Positions 47,187 to 56,936 of a stretch of 64,000 nt of DNA are shown here, piece by piece. Where the stretch lies: the NCBI GenBank assembly GCA_048772705.1, contig JBLWGC010000202.1, positions 248,001 through 312,000 of the forward strand. Reading direction: 5' to 3'. The stretch comes from Leidyana gryllorum EB-2025a. Its lineage: Eukaryota > Protista > Apicomplexa. The translations under genes were made by a program, and so were the position numbers. The notes below the pieces were generated by a model, which was not told where the DNA came from, ran no database searches, and saw nothing but the letters and a program-made list of their open reading frames with translations. Each line of letters begins with the position of its first letter. Within the stretch, counting starts at the first letter, position 1.

Positions 47187-48483
47187 GGTCCCCCGGTCAA
47201 CGGCTATCTATGCTTATCACTCCAGACAGAGTGAAAGTTAGTGTCGGTGAGCTCTACGCTCAGGTAAAATAACGATCACGACTGCACGTGTAGTCAAATG
47301 GTGTGCAGATGAACACCACATAAGACTTCCGGATCGGGAGCACTGAGCAGTCGAACGTGAGATACCGTGAGGTCCACACTACAGTGATGGAAGTGGTTGC
47401 CGAAGGGTCCTAAAGTGCCTTGTTGACGAGGCCCGAGACCTCAAGGCATTGCGTACGGCACTTGTTGGCTCTGCTAAGTGTCTGTGGTTACCTCAAGACT
47501 TACAGGCGGACTCTCAATGTCGTCTACTGTAGGCTGTGTCGGGTCGTCTCCACTGCCACCTATTGTAGATATGGTTATCTTCACCAAACTCCCCTCAATT
47601 GCGCCTCCCGAACTCCGCTGCAGGACACCATTAACCCGCACAACCAGATAATTTGCGCAGTGCTGGAGTCCGTCGGCCAACGAGAGATCGAGACTTAGGC
47701 CGTCATACAGACGGGGGAGTCGCGGCAGCAGTTCCAAAGAGCAGCTGGAAGCATTCATTTCATAGTCGTGTGGCTGATGGTTGGGTATGGGGAAGGCTTC
47801 GAGGCACAGCTCTCTGGGAGAGCGCCTTCACAGCGAGCAATCTTGCGAGATGGGTTTTTCGTACCTTTGCTTGACGGTATCGAACGCTCGGTGGTAACGG
47901 CGAAGCCCTTGATCGGTCATAGTGGGCTAACACTACACTGACAGAGGCGGCTGATCTGCGCTGACTACGTTTATATACCGGCCTGCTACATTAGATAGCT
48001 CTGATAAACTGCTATTTCCAGGATTAGACCTTTAGGCAAATTTTACGATTCCAACCACCAATAGAGGGAGACACAGATTAGACACCCACGTGTGCTGGCA
48101 TTCCTTTTTGTTTATTTGTGACTAAACTGAAACTATGAATAATTCATCAAACGACTCAGAAATGCGTTCCATCATCGACGGATGAAAACCAGAACCAACG
48201 ATAGGACTCGTAGGATCAGCATCCGGAACAAAGAGTTCAACGACCCTCTCGATTTCGACCAGAGTCCGTCAGTAACATATCAATGGGGTGGTGGGCTTGT
48301 CGGTAACAGAACATGGAACATCCCAGGATCAAATCTTGCGGTTCAGTCGTTGGGTCCAACAGTTGTGGTAACAAGAAGGAGGGTATGTTGTTCAACATGA
48401 CTCCTTCACGTTCAACGTGTCTATCATCAGAATCGTGTAGGCATTGTGTGCTCATTGGCATTAGGTACGTGATTCGTCAAACT

Positions 48484-48772
48484 CTTGTGTGACATTGAAT
48501 GGTAAGGTAGCACAACCCTAGTTTAGTGAACGCTCCTTTTTGCATCTCCGTTTTATAATATTTTGCATGTGGTAATCTACGAGTGTTGATTGGATGCCGA
48601 CTGACACGGAGACACCGGCATCCGATTGACCGGACCGAATACTAAGTGACTGAATGGTGCGTGATGGACCAAGATCTAAGCCAGGCACGGAGCCCATCGA
48701 TGAGCTGTCCGCCTCCGTCGAGTTGGAGGAGGACGTACACGACGAGCAGCCAGTGCAGCCGGTCACCAATTA
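48484..48772 (+). repeat. Left copy of a ~300-bp dispersed repeat (inverted relative to 61471-61778)
   Basis: Shared blocks CTTGTGTGAC, AACCCTAGTTTAGTGAAC, CTGACACGGAGACACC, GTCCGCCTCCGTCGAG and GACGAGCAGCC(A/G)GTGCAGCCGGTCAC. Confidence 0.9.
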
Positions 48773-50759
48773 CAACGACTGGATTTGCAGTCGTGAATTT
48801 GATTCTATATGATTCATGCTCTCGTTTTGGGCGGCCACTTCCACAGTAGTCGCACCAGTGGCCAGTGGTGCCCCTCTGTGGCGCGTTCCGCGCCATTTGG
48901 GTCTTCTGCGGCCTGTCTCGCGTTGGCCGCCATATATTCCCCGCAGACTTCTAGTCGCCTGAGCAAATGTTGAATTTCATCGTGTCTGGCATTTCTTTTC
49001 GTATGTCTCTCCACACGCCACTCCAGCAACGAGGAGAGAAAGCGACACTCTTTATTAGGGCCATTACCAATCAGATCAATCCGAACTTACAGTTGGTCAA
49101 CCGCAGCGCTGAGCGCAGCCTCGTGGACGCCTTCCCACCAAGAAGTGTCGAGCTCGACGTCGAGTTGTCTCGACTGCGCTTTGCTGACGGATATACCAGA
49201 ACACCCTCCCGAGCAGGGGGAGGTACAACGCCCCCTCCAGGAGAATTACGAGCATTGCCCCATCGTTACGCCACACATCTTTGAGTGCTTGGGATGGGTT
49301 GATGCAGAGGTTTTTGACGCTTCAATTGCGGTAAGAGCCCTGGCTGTCTCGCCGGCTCGGCATCGCGTGTTCTGAACTGCGACCAAATTTCAACGCGGTG
49401 CTTTGTTACCTGTCTGATGCCTCTTGTCGTGGCTGTCGGACGTGTGGTGCCTATCGCCTCGCTGGTACACACCGGCGAGGCGATCCGATGGATTCGACAT
49501 GCACGCCTCCTGTAGGTATTGTGACCCCTTTTTAGTTACATGAATACACGTGTCTCCACGGAGACACCGGCACTACAAACACACGAACTTACCGGAATGA
49601 CAATCAGCACTAGACGCACTAGAAGGCCCAGCATCCTCCCCAGAGCGCTCACTAACAGGAGCAAGAAACAACCAGTAGACCAGGGTGAACTCCCAGAGGA
49701 GGACACTTACACCTCCTCGTCTATGAACTCACGATATTCGAAGGCACTTTTAGTCCCGCAAAAAACGCCCCTGTGAGACCGACCATTGGAGGAAGGCGAA
49801 GCTGTTATAAGAAGTGTCATTGGTGCGGCAACGGGCTGAGAGCCGCAAAAGGGGAGTCGCTGGCTTCAAAGTCGTTGCTCGCCTGCCCCGGCATCGTCTT
49901 GCTGGTAGCCCCTTCTTTGGCCGGACCCCTCATGGTCTCCAAAGAATAAGCGACAATCAATTGATGTCCCCTCTGTCTGTGACCACAAAAAGCGCCCCCC
50001 TTCACTCGGCGATGGACCACCGAACTTGTTGTGTACTATACATGTTGGAGCCAAAAGTGGCAGAAGTCACAGCTGCCAGTTCCACATCGGCTTGGGAGAC
50101 CAATCACGCTACTTTTCATCGAATCTGCACCTGCCCACCAGATCACCTCGAAACCCAATACGGTTCAGATGTGTCTCCTGCTAGGGTGGGCCCATAGCGG
50201 AGATGCCGCGAACATAGAATCCATGGGATAACGCTGGCGCACACCGGTTGACTAACGGCGAGGCGATAGCACACACACTCACGCCGCCCCTGCGGACAGC
50301 CATGACAACGAGCCACCACCCTGGATTCGCTCATGCCTCTTGAAGAAGCAGCGCGCTGTCAATTGGTCCACGGACCCACAATAATGGGACTCGGTGTATT
50401 GGGACACTCGATGAGAGACATTCGCGCCTCTCAAAGAATTGAACCTCAGTTTCCTGCGGAGTCCTTCGTCCAAGCAATGTTGAGATTAGCCCAACGACTG
50501 TGGTACTCTGCTCGAAGGGTGTCGTGCAGAACTATTACAGAGGCGGGCCAATACACTTTGATCACGAGCGTCCTCATTTACTTTGTTCGCCACGGCTTCG
50601 CCCACGAAGGAGCGTGCGAGACCGATCAATAGTTCAAGCACCGGATTGCAGAGGTCCTGCTGACGCCTTTGTGCGTGGCTTTGGGCCAGACATAAGTTGG
50701 ACTTGATCTATGCGGTAATAGCCGTTACAGACAACAACTTGCCATTCAGTCCCCATTGA

Positions 50760-51043
50760 GACATCTTTTATAGGAGATCTGTGATCGCCTTTTGAGCTTG
50801 AATTATGTCCAGGTGAAGCACTCCAGGTATGCGCACGATCGGCAGAGCCATGTTTCAAACCAGGAGGCGCGCTGTACCCAGGCCCACCGTGTGGCGCCAA
50901 GAGAACAAACAGTGTTGAGAAACGAGTAGTGAACTCTCAGAGTGAAGGATATTAGGTAACTGTTTGGAGATTCCTGCCGCTTTTGTCAGCTCCAATAGCG
51001 GTAGGTAACCCAGAATATGGGTCCAGATGTCGTCGTTCAGCAT
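50760..51043 (-). pseudogene. F-box-like subfamily II copy D, decayed N-terminal part
   Basis: MLNDDIWTHILGYLPLLELTKAAGISK, then after a frameshift VQRASWFETWLCRSCAYLE and DLL*KMSQWGL. These match copy C (VQRPWFDTWLKAICATLE...RLLVKLSNWGL). Confidence 0.8.
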
Positions 51044-51113
51044 TCCTCAGCACTTGAGACCGGAAAGATTGTCTGCACACACACGTTTGCGAGCTGGAGG
51101 AATAGCTTCGATG

Positions 51114-51153
51114 ACGGCATTTAAGTGTTTAGAACGGCATTTAAGTGTTTAGA
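51114..51153. repeat. Perfect 20-bp tandem duplication ACGGCATTTAAGTGTTTAGA x2
   Basis: Read directly; lies in the divergent intergenic region between copies D and B. Confidence 0.95.
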
Positions 51154-51391
51154 AAAGTATGAAGGAGCTGGAGGGAAGTTTTGCTCCCCATGGTATTCAG
51201 TTTGGGTCGTCTCGAAGTGGTTCTGATTGGGCTTCGTGACGAAAATTGTGGGCCGCGGTCACAATTTTGGAGGGTTGCTTGATGGCAGAAAATGTCCATC
51301 AGAGAGTTCCATACTGTAGAGATTACTCACTTGGCTGGGAAGATTGACTATCAACGACTAAAAATGAACTAATGGACAAAAACAACGACCA

Positions 51392-53306
51392 ATGGCCGAT
51401 TTCCCCTTCTGGAGTCAGATCCTGTCGTTTCTGCCCCTCGTGGAGTTACCCCGGCTTGCTCAAGTGTCCAAGGATGTCCATCATATACTCACATCCGAGA
51501 ATACAACCTTTCGACCGCAACACCTCTATCTGAATCGACTTCAGTTTTCATACCTGGAGAGGAGTCGCTGGTTCTGGGACTGGCTGAGGAGAATGTGCGC
51601 AACCCTTGAGTCGTTGACAATTGTGTGTTACTGCCCGGGTACGCGGAATTGGTCCATGAACCTTCTTTTCAAACTTTGTGACTTTGGTCTCCCGAATCTA
51701 AAGGAGATGTGGATGCGAGACAACTTGCTTTTCGAGACTTCGTGGGAACGTGAAGCTTTGTGTCTGCCCAACTTACTGCGTTTGGACTTATCTACATGCT
51801 TAGTGCCCCATAGTGGAACCTGCGACGGTTTACGACTTGAGGCCCCAAAGTTGTGCTGCTTGGCCCTTCCACCGCGTGGATTTCTTCTTGTTCAGCACCC
51901 GCTTGTGGAGCGAGCTTACCAGTCGGGCGTCACGGCCCCGCCAGACCGGGGCCTCATCATGATTGCCACGGATGACGACGTCATCGTCAAGTGGTTGTGT
52001 AAGTGGGACGAAGGGCCCGATGTCAACGCGGACAGCTCATCCGCTGGGAGTGACCAGGAGTGGCAATGCCTCACGTGTTTCACAGTGCAGCCCAGATGTC
52101 TGCCACCGAATCTCGGTCGGATCACAGATCCTGGATGGCCGCAATCAGAAGAGTGAGACCGACATTCGTCAACAGACACTTTTGCTGTAGTGCGGCACAA
52201 CGTCTTCTGGACCTGTTCGAGCGCCGGTGGCGACATAAGGAGCGAATGTTCCCGCTGAAGTGTTGTGCTTTCCTCTCTTCGTCTCCCGCCACGTGGTTCT
52301 TCACTACTGGACGGACTTACATCGATGCGAGACAAAAGTTCGTCTCGAGTGCTTGCGAAGCTCCGGGGCGCGCGTGGTTCCAGTTGTCTACAACCCGCGA
52401 ACTGGTCTCTGCCCCAGACACCCTCCGATGGCTGCCGTTGATTCGAGAGCGCCCCCTTTCGACGCTAACGGAGCTCAGCGGCTCTGAGGTACCTGTGACA
52501 TCGCACAGCAACTCGACTTTTTACGGGAAGTTGGAGTGTGATAACTCCTCCTTTCCCCCTGCGGGGGGGATACTCGCCGGATTGAGTCGACGATTGCGTG
52601 GTGGTCAGGTCTGCGGCGAGAGAGAAAGGCGTGTCTGGCGGAGAGGTTGGCCCCTGGTGCCTTGCGCGTCATCAGAATCTATGCACAAGGAGAAACCAAT
52701 CCTGTTCTGTTGAGCGAGATGATAAGAGAATACCATATCGACTATATCGCCGTCGTCGGTATGACAGAGAGAGTGCACGTGTGGACCCAATTGTACCTCA
52801 TCGGCCACGGTGTGTGGCACGACACCGGCAAGCGACTCCGCTTCGGCCTACATGCAGTGCCGATCGCCTGTGCACCGTGGCCGCGGGTGTTCCTGGAGCT
52901 CGCTTCCGGATTGTATACAAATGAAACTCTCGGGACTCTCTTCGCCTTTATGGATGTGTCCGAATCTGAGACTCAGGCGTACCTTGAAAGCTCTTTTGAC
53001 CAGAATACGACACTACGTAGACGCTTGAAGACTAAATCAAAAGCTCTGTCCCGCCATTGGCTCCCGTTGGTGGACGCCCGAGATGTACCATATTCGATTT
53101 TGGAGCATTGGTATGCGGAAATGATTGATGCGACACTCCCGGAGGCGCAGTGTCTGGTGGAGTGGAGAGATCATGTGATTGGCGAATTGGAACAGAGCAA
53201 TCCGTGGTACCTCCATCGCCTGTTGAATGCAGATTTCGACGCGTTAGTTGCCTGGAATTTGCCCAGAGTAGTGCCCGGCTACTGTCCACATAAAATTCAA
53301 CGATAA
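51392..53306 (+). CDS. F-box-like/LRR-like subfamily II copy B; one apparent frameshift near 52545-52570
   Basis: FWSQILSFLPLVELPRLAQVSK, LPNLKEM and LPNLLRLDLS. Intron 52153-52190 restores the first frame change. The second change lies at CCCCC/GGGGGGG homopolymers, so it is either a real lesion or a sequencing error. Confidence 0.68.
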
Positions 53307-53323
53307 AAGTCTGTCTGTCCTTC

Positions 53324-55139
53324 ATGTCACGAGCGTGGATAACAAACAATGATATCTACTGGTGTCAGATCCTCCGGTTTCTGCCTCTCTGTGAACTCCC
53401 TCGAGTAGCTGGAGTGTGCACCAGACTCAGACGCTTGCTGACTGGGACTCCGCCTGGATTTCGGCCTCGTCACCTCGAGTTGCACCAGCCTCTCCACCTC
53501 CAATTGGTCCAGCGCCCATGGTTTGATACGTGGCTTAAGGCAATATGTGCCACTTTGGAGAGTTTGGAAGTGGTACAGGGCCGATGTCGACCCTCCAATT
53601 GGTCACTCCGCCTGCTGGTGAAACTCTCCAACTGGGGTCTGCCGCAGCTGCGAAGACTTCGAGTGAGTGGCTGTCTGATTTTCGATGACTACAGACTGCT
53701 GCAACACTCACTGGTGCTTCCCAAATTGACCCACTTGGATCTCTCAACTGCCAAAATCTGGCCCGGATTGGATCTGACTGTCAAGGCGGTCGAGATTGAG
53801 GCCCCCGAGCTCAGTCTGATCGTTTTGCCCTCGAATGTTCCCTCATGTGTCAGCCACAGTCTTGTGAACACAAAGTGTTCATCACCCTTCCCGTCCGTGA
53901 ATGTGTTTGGAAGAGCGGCCCCAGTTCAACAGGAGTGCACTTCTCCGACAAACGCCGATTCCAATCTGCGCTGCAGATCTCCAGCAGAGTCAGTTGCTTC
54001 GGCTTTCCCACATCTTTTCGACACTCGACTTGTCCAGGTGTGATGGGAGCTGTTTCAGCACTAATGAATGGGACTATGCGACGGTCTTGTGTCGAGAACG
54101 CACATTCAGACAGCTTGCAGCCCACGTCAGAAGTGCAGTGACTCTGCGCGATAGAAGCGTCATGTGTGTACCTCCAGGAGATGCCTGGTTCCGTTTGGCA
54201 ACCACTCTTCGTCTGGAGGAAGCCCCGACCGAACTGGCATGGCTCCCACTGGTCACGGCGAAGCCTTCCCATGCGGACTTCATGGCCTCAGCGCCCAGAG
54301 GCACCGTTTACTGGGCCGCGGACGGTCCGAAGGGACCGCTTGAGGATTGGGCGGCCGCGAAATCGGTGATCTACTGTGACGGACCTGAAAATCAACGTGT
54401 GGAACGCCCCTGGGCCGCCCCCGAATACGATCACATTTGGCGGACCGAGTATGTTCAGCTACCCCTGGCGGTTTGGGGAGGGGCTTCTGTTCATAATTTC
54501 TCGAGCCCGGTCGATCCAAAGCATATTCGAGTGGGTCTGCTTTTCACAAATGCGTATGTTGACGTTGACGGCATTCGTGCCGACATTGAAGGGCCAATGA
54601 TCACCCACATTGGCGTTGTGGGATTCAGCCGGTCCATTGACTTTTGGGTTAAACTTTATTCCGTCGGTCACGCAATCTGGCGGTACACTGGGAGACAGCT
54701 AAGATTCGGGCTGCAAGCCGTTCCCATCCCCAAGTATCCCTGGCATATGGTCTTCTGGGAACTGGCGTCCGGTGAATACAGCGATGAGACGCTCAAAGCG
54801 TTGTACACCTGGATAGGCCTACCTGACGACGAAATATCGGAATATCTAAAGTCCTCTTTTGAAGACAAAAGGGTCCCTTGGCGGAGAGTGGAAGACATTG
54901 TCCACATCGCTGGGACAAACATCCAGCTGTGGACCGAGAGGGACAATGTGCCTCTTGCACAACTTCAGGAGTGGTACTCGAAAAGGCTGTGTGCAACTCT
55001 ACCGCAAGCACAACCAGCTCTCTCCTGGAGAGATTCTGACATTTTCAGAATCACTCCGTATGATGCCTGGATCAGACATCGCGTTCTGTGCCACAAACGT
55101 CACGAACTTCTGCAGTGGAACATCTTGGCTACTTTCTAA
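53324..55139 (+). CDS. F-box-like/LRR-like subfamily II copy C (apparently intact, 2 exons)
   Basis: YWCQILRFLPLCELPRVAGVC, LPQLRRLRVSG and LPKLTHLDLS. Phase-2 intron 53989-54037 (GTCAGT...TCCAG) joins the two ORFs. Family motifs AWFRLA, VGHAIW, LRFGLQAVP and ELASGEYSDETL. Confidence 0.8.
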
Positions 55140-55160
55140 CCGTTTCATCTAACCGTTTCA
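55135..55160. repeat. 13-bp tandem duplication TCTAACCGTTTCA x2 overlapping the stop of copy C
   Basis: Read directly. Confidence 0.9.
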
Positions 55161-55439
55161 GTTATTTATGGGCGTCTGTCCGACATTCAACTTTTCTGGG
55201 GCGACTTTGCCTCTCACTGTTCGACTATCTCATCTAATTTCACATTCGGCTGACAACTTTTCCCAACGGACGCGTGCCCCCTCGGAGCCTTTCCCTTTTC
55301 GGAAAGCTCCCGGTATCAATGCTAACATCTCATCTTGTCGGAAAGTGTGACCAGTTCTTGGGAAACGGGCGAATTAGATACTTTGGGGCCACCTGCAGCG
55401 CGCTGCAGCCTGCGTCGTTTGAATGAATAGATGTGTACT

Positions 55440-56430
55440 GTCATTCCAGCCGTTCTTACTGCTCACCTCGCTTTGTAAGGGAACATTGGACACTTGAATA
55501 TCCGGAATATTCTTTGAACTCTAGTTTACTCTCTTTTCAGCTGCGTGTCTTCAAGCCAACCGAGCTGTATATCTGCGTCACAGAGGATAGTGAGCTCAAG
55601 CTTTGCAGCTTTCAGACATGTGAGGATCTCATAGATATCGTGATCGCGTTTCTCTGTGTCCAGCTCGTCGTCCTCATCTACATCGACGAAGAGCTCGCCA
55701 CCATCAATAAGCAGTTTGGTCACGTGATTGAGTCTTGATGGTGAGCTGTGCCCAACAGCAACTCCGAGTAGAGTTTCAAGGGAGACATAGCCAAGGAGCC
55801 GACCGGTTCAAGTCGCAGACGACATATGAGACGTCCGCGCGAGTAAGCGGTACCATTATTTTCTATCACAAAGTTACATTGACAGTTGGGATCATTCTGG
55901 AGGCGAAGACCATTTTCCGGGCGCCAAGAACTGCTCTCCAAAGTGGCGAGCAGCTCACTACCGTGATTTGATCAACTACAAAACCGGGCGCCCATTCATA
56001 CAGTTCGTGAATCTCATCCATATCCACCGTGGTGTAACTGAAGGTGTCCAGAATCATCCATTGCTGCTGCACATTGTCGTTCTCGAATTCTAAAATGATA
56101 CTCGATATGGCACCCACAACTCGTCCCGCCTCACTCCTGTTCCGCTGGAGAACAGTGACAATGAGACCCGGGCACCAAAAAGTCCACCGGGCGGGTCCAC
56201 GACAATTGCAGCACCGTCATATTGACATAACATCTAACATCGGCCGGTTTGGCCAACGCAATAGCAGACGTCAGCCGCAATGTCGCATAAATCGATTTTT
56301 CGTTCCAGACGAACATTTAACTACAGCTTCCATCAGCGTAAAGGACCCATTCAACTTCTGTCCTCTTCGCCCTCCTCATCCAGTGAGACAGAGGACGGGA
56401 TTCTTCAACACGGTCAGCTTCACGCATCGG
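55440..56430 (-). pseudogene. Unidentified coding-like remnant
   Basis: Adjacent protein-like fragments in different frames (WMILDTFSYTTVDMDEIHELYEW; LLIDGGELFVDVDEDDEL...IYEILTCL) with stops; no convincing introns. Confidence 0.35.
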
Positions 56431-56474
56431 CCATTGGTCACAAATTTGAACACCACACGATAGAAGCCGACAGG

Positions 56475-56523
56475 CGAGAGCGAGAGCGAGAGAGAGACAC
56501 ACACACACACACATACACACAGA
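56475..56523. repeat. Compound (GA)/(CA) microsatellite
   Basis: CGAGAGCGAGAGCGAGAGAGAGACACACACACACACACATACACACAGA. Confidence 0.9.
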
Positions 56524-56936
56524 CAGGCAAGCGGCCCCGGTGCAGTCTGTGTCACCCACCTTCGCACCCCGGTGTCTAACCATTGTTGTTCATGTTGCTA
56601 TGGGTTGTGACTGTGTCTCGTTCCGGAGTAAACCCCTATTATAGCTGGTGGAGTGGTGCCAGTAGCACGGCTAATGGGAAGAGAAAGCTGACTGGAGAGA
56701 GTGTGGCGAGGTTGACACATATCACTTGGCTGAACCTGATAGTGCTTTTTGGCGGGGATCCGATCTTTTCATTCGTCGTCTGATTGTGGGTTGCGACACC
56801 GACAAGGGGCCTACCTCCCAGTCCCATCCCCATCCCAGGGTAGTCCCAGTCCCAATCCAAATCCAGTACAGTCCTGTGCTATGGGTACGCCCAGTTTTCG
56901 AGAGAAGCAGTGTAAGTGCGTGGCGGTGGACGAGAA

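Noticed and set aside
51999-52090. Candidate GTAAGT...CAG intron in copy B
   Set aside because: The segment's translation aligns with copy A (WQCLTC versus WQTSPC), and intron 52153-52190 explains the frame change better.
56817-56867. Degenerate CCCA(G/T/A)T hexamer run resembling telomeric repeats
   Set aside because: Short and irregular, and it does not match TTTAGGG or TTAGGG arrays.
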